The position numbers and the translations under genes are program-made. The notes under the pieces were generated by a model. The model was not told the DNA's origin, ran no database searches, and was given only the letters and a program-made list of their open reading frames with translations. From NCBI GenBank assembly GCA_963789555.1, contig CAWBKY010000007.1:101999-165998 (forward strand): a DNA stretch of 64,000 nt, in the 5' to 3' direction. Below are positions 9,946 through 19,701 of this stretch, piece by piece. Position 1 is the stretch's first letter. Every line of letters starts with the position of its first letter. The stretch comes from Methanomassiliicoccaceae archaeon (GTDB taxonomy: Archaea; Thermoplasmatota; Thermoplasmata; Methanomassiliicoccales; UBA472).

Positions 9946-9969
9946 TTTTTAAATTCATTCGGGGTTTTT
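9946..9969 (+). terminator. two oligo-T tracts downstream of tRNA-Lys
   Basis: TTTTT at 9946-9950 and 9965-9969, 20-45 nt after the tRNA 3' end. Archaeal RNA polymerase commonly terminates at oligo-T. Confidence 0.35.
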
Positions 9970-10122
9970 ATGAACCGAGCCAAATGATCGAAAAAACACT
10001 TCATTCAGCTATTTCGCCATAACATAGTTATCACTGACCATCAACCCAATGGATGTGGTGTCACACCTCGATCCTCTTCTCGAGCACACCCTCAGTCGTT
10101 ATTACGGATAGGGGATCGAGGC

Positions 10123-12500
10123 CTATTGCCTCGCCATCGCGATGCGGATGGCATCCTCCGGATTGACCATATGGTCAGAGTTCTCTGCAGATTCGATGAT
10201 CGCTAGTTGGACACCCTTGACCTTCCCGTTGAAGGCGTTCCCCTTTGGGCCATAGTCAGGGGAGACCGGTGCGCCGCTATCCTCGCCAACGTCGCAACCG
10301 TCGTCAGCAGAGAAGATCATGGCGTGCGTCATGGGGATGGTCCCTTCGCCGGTCTTCTTACCGTCGACGAACAAGGTCACCTTGCCGCCCTTGCCCAGGC
10401 CACCGCCCGCGTAGGCGAACTCCATTCGCACCTGATGCTCGCCCGATGGCAAAGGCTCCTCGGACTCGACGAAGAAGTGATGCACGCCTGCCACATTGTA
10501 GCAGTACTTGAGCTTGCCATTCATGGCATAGAGGCTCCAACCTCCGATGTTGGCCCCCTGAGCGATGATCACACCTTCGGCCCCACCTTCTGGCACGATT
10601 ATCTGCGCGGTGACCGAGTGGGACTTGTTCTTGAGGCTGATGACACAGTTCTCCGCTAGGCGCCCCATGCCTCCGAAAAGGAGCTGCGTGTTCCCCTTGA
10701 CGAGGGTGGGACGACCGGCAGTGTCCGGGTTCAGCTTTTCGACGACACGGTCGTCGATGGGCAAGACCTTGTATCGCGTAGCCTCGATCAGCCAGAGGCG
10801 CTGAAGCTCGTGGAGCTTCTCTGGCATCTGTTTGGAGAGGTCGTTCGCTTGGCTCCAGTCCTTGGAACAGTCGTAGAGCTCCCATACGTCGTCATCGAGG
10901 GCAACGGTCTTCCGGCCCACCAGGATCCACGGGGTTCCGTGCTTGGTCACCGCCGCCCATCCTTTGTGGTATATGCCACGGTTTCCGAAAATCTCGAAGT
11001 ATTGGGTCTCATGCCGTTCCGCCGCCTTGGCGTCGTTGAAGGAGTAGAGCATGCTGACGCCCTCGATCGGGTCTTGCTGTATCCCGTTCACAGACACGGG
11101 CTCGGGCAAACTTGCGGCCTCAAGAACGGTCGGCGCGATGTCAATGATATGACTGAACTGCGAGCGTATCTCCCCCTTGGCCTTTATCCCGTTCGGCCAA
11201 TGGACGATGGTTCCATTACGGGTCCCGCCCCAGTGTGATGCGACCTGCTTGGTCCACTGGTAAGGGGTGTTCATGGCATGCGCCCAACCAACGGCATAAT
11301 GGTTATACGACTCCGGTCCTCCGAGCTTATCGATATGCTGCATCAGGAACTCGGGGGTCTCAAGGCCTGCCAGACCGTTGAAGTTGGCCATCTCGTTGTA
11401 GGCACCGTTGATCGTCCCCTCCGCTGATGCCCCATTGTCACCGATGATGTAGAAGATGAGAGTATCATTGAGGATCTGCATCTTCTCCAACGAATCGAAC
11501 AACCTTCCGACATGATGGTCGGTATATTCCATGAAGCCAGCGTAGACCTCCATCTGTCGGCGCAAGATGGGCTTGAGGTCCTCCGGCATGTCATCCCAGG
11601 CGGGGATCTCCTTGTGGCGGGCGGTGAGCTGACAGTCCTGCGGGACGACACCGAGCCGTTTCTGACGTGCCAGGGTCTCCTCGCGCAGCTTGTCCCACCC
11701 CTGGTCGAACTGACCTTTGTATTTGTCGGCCCACTCTTTCGGTACATGGTGGGGGGCATGTGTCGCCCCAGGCGCGAAGTAGACGAAAAAGGGCTTATCG
11801 GGTGCCAATGCCTTCTGCTGACCGATCCAGGCGATGGCCTTGTCGGTCATGTCCTCGATCAAGTGATAGCCTTCTTCCGGCGTCTTCGGCGGTTCCACCG
11901 AATTGGTCCCCTCATACAAGGTCGGATACCACTGGTTCGCCTCACCGCCAATGAATCCATAGAAATATTCGAAGCCGCCCCCACCAGTTGGCCATGCATC
12001 GAACGGTCCGACCGGGCTAGCCTCCCACACCGGCACCTCATGGCATTTACCGAACTGTGCCGTGTTATAGCCATTGAGCTTCAGGGTCCGGGCCAAGGGG
12101 GACATGGTGTTCGGAAGGACCGAACTGTAGCCTGGCGCACCGGTGGCGGTCTCGGTGATCCCACCCATGCCGCAGGAGTGATGGTTGCGTCCCGTCAGCA
12201 GGGCCTGGCGGGTCGGGGAGCAGAGGGCGGTGGTGTGGAAGCGGTTATACTTGAGACCATTCGAGGCCAGCTTCTCCATCCTCGGCGTATGGCAAGGGCC
12301 TCCGAACACGCTCGCAGACCCGAACCCGGCGTCATCGATCAAGCACAATCAGAGACATTGGGCGCGCCCTTGGGGGGACGCAGCTGCTCGATCGGCGGGA
12401 AACTGGTGTCTGGATCCTTCGCATCGTATGTGATCAGTTTTGGCTGAACGGTGTTCAGCATCGGGAGATGGGTACGGTGTTTTTTGTCTTCATTGGACAT
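10123..12500 (-). CDS. large cytoplasmic Cys-type arylsulfatase (~790 aa class); frame disrupted within 12335-12350
   Basis: Formylglycine signature HTTALCSPTRQALLTGRNHH, then GKCHEVP, FVYFAPGATHAPHH, IIGDNGAS. No signal peptide. My translation from the ATG at 12500 gives MSNEDKKHRTHLPMLNTVQPKLITYDAKDPDTSFPPIEQLRPPKGAPNV, then a stop. The expected SLIVL strand is in a second frame and IDDAGFGSASVFGG in a third. Confidence 0.85.
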
Positions 12501-12748
12501 GTCGATCCTAATCCTCTGAATTGAGCATTATTGGAATGTCGCATCTAATAAACCTTTCATGGCGACTCTCTTATCATATGTCAGCCTTACCAGGATGCAT
12601 AATTATATATTATTATTTTTAGATAAACATTTCAATTTATAGGTTTCAAAGAAGTTGCCAATCACATTTCAAAAGTAAAAAAAATCGCCCGCCCAGAGAT
12701 GGGGCCCAAGGCGTTGGCGATCATAAGAAAAATAGAGGAAAAGAATCT

Positions 12749-12823
12749 CTAGCCTTTCTTCTTCTCTTCCTTCTTTTCTCCATGTTTCTTTATTGCAGCG
12801 ACCTTACCGACTGTTCCTACCAT
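12749..12823 (-). CDS. candidate 24-aa lysine-rich micro-ORF
   Basis: GGAGG, a 7-nt spacer, then ATG GTA GGA ACA GTC GGT AAG ... GGC TAG, encoding MVGTVGKVAAIKKHGEKKEEKKKG. It lies in the AT-rich gap between the sulfatase and FN3 genes. No homology recognised. Confidence 0.25.
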   Translation of the reverse strand: MVGTVGKVAAIKKHGEKKEEKKKG

Positions 12824-13526
12824 TTTATTTCCTCCAGTCCTTTATTCGATCAGTGAGATCGGAATCCCATTGGTCGGATGTATGAACAATGAATGAACGA
12901 ATTATAAAATGGTATGGATATTACCCTGGATATGAAGGATACGTCTTTATTTCATGGCCGATCAAAGGCATCCGAAAAAGTTTCTATTAATCATGGCGAC
13001 TGCAACCCCGGTTCTTATCTTAATTTCGATCAATATCTGAGTACATCCTTGTCGAGATAGACCACCATAGTCAATGGATCGATGGAGGCATCGTAGATAC
13101 TATCCCAATCTCTAACCTGTACTTTGTCGAGGCTATCATCTTCCATCGGATTCTTCCGAGCTTAAATCCTTTGAACGATACTCAAAAACCGATGGGCATA
13201 GCCCTCTAGTCATTATCCGTTACAAAGATCAATGCTCAGAGGTCCAATCCTACAAATATATTCTCGGGGGATTTAATTATAATATCAAAATTGACAATAA
13301 TAATGGAGAGTAATGGCTTCTTGAGCATTATCATTAGTGACACGATTTTATCCATGCAATGTGAGAGCAGGACCCGAATGTTACAAGATGGAAATCATTA
13401 AATCGTTCCCTTACAAGTTGTAATACCAACAGACCCTCTTCTTACACCAGGTTCCATTCGATGTTACCAATGACGGATCCTATTAGGGGGATATAGGGGT
13501 GGAGAACTTGAATATTTGAAAAAAAG

Positions 13527-16500
13527 ATGCTAACAGTGATCATGATCGTGGCTGTCGCGGTCATGATGATCATACCGGGTTTGGCCACCATAACGGTCGA
13601 ACCGAGTACTTCTACGATCGAGAAAACAAAGATAGGCGCAAGCCTTAGTTGGGTAATCAACGCTCCGACGGAGCCACTCAACGTGTCGGCCGATCCAGGG
13701 AACGGGTTCATCTGGTTGTGGTGGGACCACCCCCTCAGTCAGGGGAGCGACCTGATCAAGAATTACACCATCTTTAGAGGCACGACGTCAGGGCGGCGAA
13801 GATATGGTGACACCGATCGCTGAAGTAACAGTAGGTGTCAACTATTACAACGACACGGATGTCACGAACGATGCCCCCTATTATTACATATTGAAGGCCC
13901 AGAGCGATGCAGGCGTCAGCATATCCTCTGCCGAGGTCTCTGCGACCCCGAACGACTCGGGATCACCGCCTAGTGGACCTCTGAACCTTGTCGCCACGAA
14001 CCTGTATTATTCCGCTCAACTGAACTGGTCAGCCCCATCAAATGCTGGGACCACACCGGTTAGGATGTTTGATATCTATCGTAATCCGTATCCACCAGGT
14101 ATGCCCCTGACCGATGAGGTCACATCCGGGGGATGGGTCACTGGGTATGAGGATTCCTATGTCCTTCCAGGTGAAGAATACAACTATACGGTAAGAGCCA
14201 TCAACAGCTTTGGGGCCGGCTCAACGAACGTCACTGTCCGTGTGGCTGGGACCGGGCTCTATCCCGAGGTACCAGAGAACCTGACTGCATCAGGCGGTAA
14301 TTGCTCCGTGGAGTTGAATTGGGACGATCCATCAAATCCATCTGAATCTGGAATCTCCCGATATGACATCTACCGTTCCTTGACCTCTAGTTCAGGTTTT
14401 GTTCTTATCGGTAATTCGTCGACCTATTTCGGAATGTTAATACCATTCTATACCGATTTCAACCTGATCAATGGTCAGACCTACTATTACAAGGTGAAAG
14501 CAGTCAACACGAAAGGCGAAAGCTCTTTTTCGAACGAGGCATCTGCGACACCAAATCTGCAGGCACCCCACGTTTTTGCCTACCCAGGGAATTCTCGGGT
14601 TCTCATCATGTGGAGTCCGGTCCAGAATGCCACAGGTTACGACATTTTTAAGATATGAGACGCCGGGTACAGAAACTTTAAAGGAAACAACTGGAAAATA
14701 TGTCAATTACTGGCTCGATAATTTGACGACCAATGGCGTCGCCTTACTTCTATAAAGTAAAGGCTAAATTTGACGCAACAGATGGACCATTTTCAAATGA
14801 GGCGACCGCCACCCCTTATGTTGGAAGCCCTCCAACGGCACCAACGAACATGATCGCCACGCCGGATGGTTCTAGTGTAGAAATGAATATCCCAAAAAGC
14901 AACGATACCAACATCTTGATAGGATATGAGATATACCGCGGTGACAGCTCAGGATCCGAAGTTCTCATCGAGAACGTGACATTCTACAACTCGTTATACT
15001 GGTACATGTCTCCTTATTATACGGTATCAGTATCAAGGACATTACAATGGTGTGGATAGTGTCACATACCATTATACTGTGAAGCTCCGTCAATCTATTC
15101 GGGACTAGCGGGTTCTCGAACGAGGTCTCTTCCTTCGCCAGTCCCACCGGGGATGTACCTTTGGGCGATATCACCCTGAGCGCCACGGCAGGTACTGCCA
15201 ACGTAACGTTGTCCTGGAGCAACCCATCGTACATGGGTACGGCCAACCTGCTGGATTATACCATTATGCGGGATAACGGGTCAGGCTGGAACTATGTCAA
15301 CTTCATGTTTGCCCCGGCAGGAACTCAGACATGGGTGGACACATATGTCACATCTGGTGTGACTTATCATTACATGGTCATTGTTGGGAATAATTATGGC
15401 GATGCTGTGAAAGGTTCCAATGTGGCCACCGCCTCAATCTCTGGGTCTGCGGTGGAACCAAGCAAACCATTGAACCTCCATGCCGAGCCAGGTAACAATC
15501 ATGTGCAGCTTAGCTGGGACCCTCCAGCGAACAATGGTGGTTCAGCAGTAACCAGTTACACGGTGCTCAGGGGTACTCCTCCGGATCCATAACCACTGTG
15601 ATCACAACCACTACCGGGGCAGGTACGACCTTTGATGATACGACCGCATTGAACGGTCAAACATACTGGTACGCGGTCAAGGCCACCAACGCTCAGGGCA
15701 CAGGACCAGCCTCTGACGCGACCTCGGCGGTACCTGCGGCCCCATCCGGACCACCAGGCAAGCCCGAAGGACTGGTGGCGACCCCAGGCAACGCCCTGGT
15801 GGTGTTGGGATGGAACGCGCCGAGCAGTAGTGGCAGTTCAGCCATCACCAGGTATGACATATTCCGTGGGAACAGCTCGGCGAACATAAGCACGACCGTA
15901 CTGGGAAGCGTCAACGCCGCCTCGGCCTTGACATACACCGATAGTTCCCTCATAAATGGACAAGAATACTGGTACGCGGTGAAGGCGGTCAACACCCAGG
16001 GTTCTGGCCTTGCCTCTGACCCGGCCCATGCGGTCCCGAGCGCCACCGGGACGGTGCCTGGTGCTCCCACCTCGGTCACCGCCGTCGGCGGTCCAGGCTA
16101 CATATTGGTCTCCTGGGCGGCACCATCGAATGTCGGCTCAGGAGTGAGCAACTACCTGGTGTTCCGCGCCACCACATCGGGCGGTCAGGGGAGCACAGCG
16201 CTCGCCAACTTGACCGGGAGCTTGCTCCAGTACAACGATACCTCAGCCGTTCCGGGTACGCCCTACTTCTATAAGGTGATGGCATGGAACTCATATGGTG
16301 ATGGTGCGTCCTCAGCCGAGGTAAATGCCACCGCTGCAGCCACTGGGCTACCTTCGAACCCGACCAGCCTCACGGCGACGCCAGATAAGGGCAAGGTCAT
16401 CATCACCTGGGGCGCGCCGACATCTGACGGAGGGTCAGCCATAACTGGTTACAATGTGTTGCGTGGGTCCAGCGCTTCAACGTTGGTAGTGATCGGCAAC

Positions 16501-16743
16501 ACCACCGCGAGCATCCGCAGCTTCACCGATGAGGACGTCGAGGCAGGGACGACCTATTTCTACAGTGTCGTGGCGGTGAACGCCAATGGGAACAGCGCCC
16601 AACCGACACCGGTTAGCGCTGTCCCGGAATCGTCGGATGGCGGTAACGGAACCGACAACACCTGGCTCTACGTAGGTGCTGGCATTGCCGCCGTGGCGGT
16701 CATCGGAGGGGCGGCCTACTTCCTCATGAGGAAGAAGAAGTGA
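13527..16743 (+). CDS. giant cell-surface protein: signal peptide, 10-11 tandem fibronectin type III domains, C-terminal TM anchor; 6 apparent frame breaks
   Basis: N-terminus MLTVIMIVAVAVMMIIPGLA. Recurring ~95-aa unit P..P.nL.a..G...v.LsW..P...G.s.It.Y.i.R......................D....nG..YyY.V.A.N..G.g..S. C-terminus WLYVGAGIAAVAVIGGAAYFLMRKKK. Pieces are ORFs 13527, 13804, 14733, 15161 and 15598. Breaks at ~13792, ~14650, ~14742, ~15030, ~15084 and ~15571. Confidence 0.8.
13650..16620 (+). repeat. tandem array of divergent FN3-domain coding repeats (protein-level repeat, ~285 nt period)
   Basis: The repeat is visible in translation (for example NGQTYWYAVKATNAQG, NGQEYWYAVKAVNTQG, GTPYFYKVMAWNSYG, GTTYFYSVVAVNANG). 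The DNA copies are diverged and I saw no long identical stretches. Confidence 0.7.
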
Positions 16744-17047
16744 GCCGATCTGTCAAACCATTTCCCAAAATCTCTTCTCCCCCCGGGGGCGGTCTTTTAA
16801 CCGTCCGAACCCGGGCATCCTTTTCTTCTGACCCGACCTTGAGGATGGTCAATCAGGTTTAGGACCAACGAAACCGCTTTCAAGAGGTTGATGGACCAGC
16901 CCTCGCTCGCCATCCCATGATACAACCAGAAGTCCAACTGATGATGAAGGACGACGCATGAAAATGATGGTTAAGAGATTCATTGAGACCAAATATGCTC
17001 TCGATCTAAGCAGCAATCCTGATTATGGTCCAGGGCATACAGGCATC

Positions 17048-18223
17048 ATGGCCCGAAAGGAACAAGATGCGAATTGCCCTGACGCGTTCCACATCCTCGC
17101 CAAACCAAGAGGGGCGGTCTGCAACCTGGCCTGTACATATTGTTTCTACACCTGCAAGTCCGACCTTTATCCAGAGGGAACGTTCCGGATGACGGATGAG
17201 GTGCTGGAAAGCTATGTTCGACAGGTCATCCAAGGCCATCGGTCCCCCGAGGTCACCATCGCCTGGCAAGGAGGGGAACCGACCTTGATGGGTCTTGATT
17301 TCTTTAAAAGGGCGATCGAGCTCGAGAGGAAATATCTTAGACCAGGCCAGAGGGTCCTTAACACCATCCAGACCAATGGGACCCTTCTTGATGATGATTG
17401 GTGCTCGTTCTTCCACGAGCATGGTTTTCTGGTGGGGATATCCATCGATGGTCCAAAGGACATGCACGACCATTATCGTGTGGACAAAGGTGGAAGGCCG
17501 ACATTCGACAAGGTGATGAACGGCCTTCGATTGTTGCAGAGGTTCAAGGTGGAACATAACGCCCTGGTCACGATCAACGCCATCAACTCGGACAGACCCC
17601 GAGATGTCTACCGATTCCTTCGGGACGAGGCCGGCCTACAATATATCCAGTTCATCCCCATCGTCGAAAAGGTTCAGGATAAAGATGCCGGGTCTGGCCT
17701 TAAGGTCACGAGGGAGTCGGTCAGCCCCGGCAAATATGGTCGGTTCATGATAGGGGTGTTCGACGAATGGGTGAAGAGGGACGTCGGCCACATCTTCGTA
17801 CAGTCCTTCGATGTGGCCTTGGCGAATTGGTATGGTGAGCCTCCCAGCGTTTGCACCAACGCCATAACTTGTGGCACAGCCCTCGCCCTGGAGCATAATG
17901 GAGACCTGTATTCCTGCGACCACTTCGTCGATGAGGACCATCTCCTGGGGAATATCCTGGAAACACCGATGGTCGAATTGGTGGGCAGTGAGAGACAATC
18001 AAGGTTCGGAGCGAGCAAAGCGGCACTACCACGCTATTGCCTGGAATGTGATGTACGATTTGCTTGTCATGGTGGTTGTCCCAAGGACCGTTTCATCCGC
18101 TCCCCGCATGGGGAGACGGGACTGAACTTCCTTTGCTCTGGATACAAATCCTTCTATCACCACATCGACCGACCGATGAAAGTGATGTGCGGATCTGTTG
18201 AATCAGGGTCGACCACCCTCTGA
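17048..18223 (+). CDS. anaerobic sulfatase-maturating enzyme (radical SAM with SPASM domain)
   Basis: HILAKPRGAVCNLACTYCFY (CX3CX2C), GGEPTL, C-terminal Cys clusters CGTALALEHNGDLYSCDHF and CLECDVRFACHGGCPKDR. The ORF opens at 16958. I prefer Met-31 (17048) because it places the radical-SAM cluster at the usual distance from the N-terminus. Confidence 0.85.
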   Translation: MARKEQDANCPDAFHILAKPRGAVCNLACTYCFYTCKSDLYPEGTFRMTDEVLESYVRQVIQGHRSPEVTIAWQGGEPTLMGLDFFKRAIELERKYLRPGQRVLNTIQTNGTLLDDDWCSFFHEHGFLVGISIDGPKDMHDHYRVDKGGRPTFDKVMNGLRLLQRFKVEHNALVTINAINSDRPRDVYRFLRDEAGLQYIQFIPIVEKVQDKDAGSGLKVTRESVSPGKYGRFMIGVFDEWVKRDVGHIFVQSFDVALANWYGEPPSVCTNAITCGTALALEHNGDLYSCDHFVDEDHLLGNILETPMVELVGSERQSRFGASKAALPRYCLECDVRFACHGGCPKDRFIRSPHGETGLNFLCSGYKSFYHHIDRPMKVMCGSVESGSTTL

Positions 18224-18414
18224 TATTATGACAATGAACGATGCTTAGAACGATCTCCGATGGGCGAAGGCCATGAGCGCCCTGGGTCATCCATTAGTCC
18301 TTACGGGCGATAGCGGGAACTCCCGACACGGGTCATCTTTTTGAGGTTTTAGCATCTGGCGTTTCAAAGGCCCCCTCAAAACATTTAATCCCATAAGCTA
18401 CAATGTTAACATAG

Positions 18415-18810
18415 GTGTGGACATTGGAAATCGATTTCGACGAGGCCATCAGCCTCTGCCGCAAGGTGAGGGGCGATCTCGATGAGCTGTTCGATGCGAT
18501 CAGGGGCAGGGCTTTCTTCGACATCGGATATGAGATAGGGAACGTGGCCAGGAGCGGATTGGGGTTCGAGAGGATGATGCCGGAGCTGGAGGAGCTGGAG
18601 AAGTGTCTCCACGAGCGTTGCCTCAATACCTTTAACGACACCTATGCTCGAATATTCGACCTGGTAAATTTCTATGACCACCTCATCGACCTCATCCAAG
18701 CCAATAAGGTGCATTATAGCAAGGGGGAACGGATGCATGCGAAGCTCATGGAATGGAGGAGCACCGCCGGACGCTTTGCGCAGTTCGTCTGCCATATGGA
18801 TGGCGATTGA
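18415..18810 (+). CDS. hypothetical protein (131 aa)
   Basis: GTG-initiated ORF with genome-typical GC3 codons. CATTTAATCC lies ~25-30 nt upstream as a possible TATA box. No family recognised. Confidence 0.45.
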   Translation: MWTLEIDFDEAISLCRKVRGDLDELFDAIRGRAFFDIGYEIGNVARSGLGFERMMPELEELEKCLHERCLNTFNDTYARIFDLVNFYDHLIDLIQANKVHYSKGERMHAKLMEWRSTAGRFAQFVCHMDGD

Positions 18811-18821
18811 GCATCAACGGT

Positions 18822-19419
18822 TCAAGCCCACTTGACGCTTCCTAGCTCCAAGGTCATCATGGTGAGGTAACGGAGCGCCTTGCTACCCCTCTCCGTCAGG
18901 CTGTAATCCCCTCGGTCCTGGTTCTGCGCAATGAACCCAGCCGCCAGTAATTTTTGGATATGGAACAGCAGGTTCCCACCCTTCAGTCCGGTCCTCTGCG
19001 ACAACATCGAATAGGTCATCGGCTGGGAGTTGAGCAATTTCATCATCTCCAAGACGCTGAGGGTTCGACAAAGGGTCAACCACATTTCGGACCACCGATT
19101 CCTCGTCCATCTTATCGATGAGAGCTCGGAGGTTCGCCTCCGAGACATACGAGTTCTGAGTCCTGGCCAAACGGATGTGGCGTTCGAAAAGCGTCCCGAC
19201 GCCGTCGAAGCATATGGAGCACTTCTTGTAGGGGGAATTGGCCCGAGCCTTATCCAGCTCCCTCCTCATCTCCGCGATGTGGCTTTCCTCCACCTTCTCC
19301 TCCCCCGCCAGAGCCGCGCTCCTATCGAGGAAGTCCGTGAAGAACCCCCTGCTTTTGACATAGCCCTCGCAGTTCCTCACCATGCATCGGTCCAGTTCCT
19401 CGGTCGATCTCCGCAGCAA
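18822..19419 (-). CDS. transcription regulator with C-terminal ArsR-like winged helix; apparent frame break near 19070-19085
   Basis: ORF 18883..19419 supplies an unknown N-domain (MLRRSTEELDRCMVRNCEGY...). ORF 18822..19148 supplies LSVLEMMKLLNSQPMTYSMLSQRTGLKGGNLLFHIQKLLAAGFIAQNQDRGDYSLTERG, a wHTH. The two overlap in different frames. Confidence 0.6.
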
Positions 19420-19561
19420 GCCTGCCCGTCACCATGGAAGGGTCGATGTCCGAGCTTCTGGATGACATATTTCTTGAGGATAGGAGCTGGTCCATCTTCC
19501 TATCCCGAGGTCCTGGATCGCTCTGAGCAGCTCTTCGTTCGACCTCGATCCCTCTCCTTCT

Positions 19562-19633
19562 TCCTGACGGCCATACCTATGTCCCTCTGGGCGAGTTATA
19601 ATAGTTGTAGCTGCTACACAATCCTGACGGCCA
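19562..19633 (+). promoter_or_regulatory. two perfect copies of TCCTGACGGCCA plus a palindrome, upstream of the MT2 gene
   Basis: TCCTGACGGCCA at 19562-19573 and 19622-19633 (60 nt apart). GTAGC-T-GCTAC palindrome at 19607-19617. The second copy abuts an ATTATATATTTTT TATA-like run (19634-19646), about 55 nt before the ATG at 19702. Confidence 0.4.
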
Positions 19634-19701
19634 ATTATATATTTTTGACCCGTCGCTAAGAGCCTAAGGAGCATATTCATCCCCAATACAAGGTGAGGAC
19701 A

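Noticed and set aside
9925-10122. Possible integrated element at tRNA-Lys (integrase gene or att repeat of the tRNA 3' end)
   Set aside because: No integrase-like ORF follows the tRNA. By eye I found no second copy of the tRNA 3' segment; the only hit is an 8-nt TCGAATCC match near 7043. The horizontal-transfer idea therefore rests on composition and gene content only.
12521-13331. 11-nt direct repeat TTGAGCATTAT (12521 and 13321) as target-site duplication of an inserted element
   Set aside because: An 11-nt match in AT-rich DNA is only weakly significant. I saw no terminal inverted repeats and no transposase. It is kept only as a note inside the AT-rich-gap finding.
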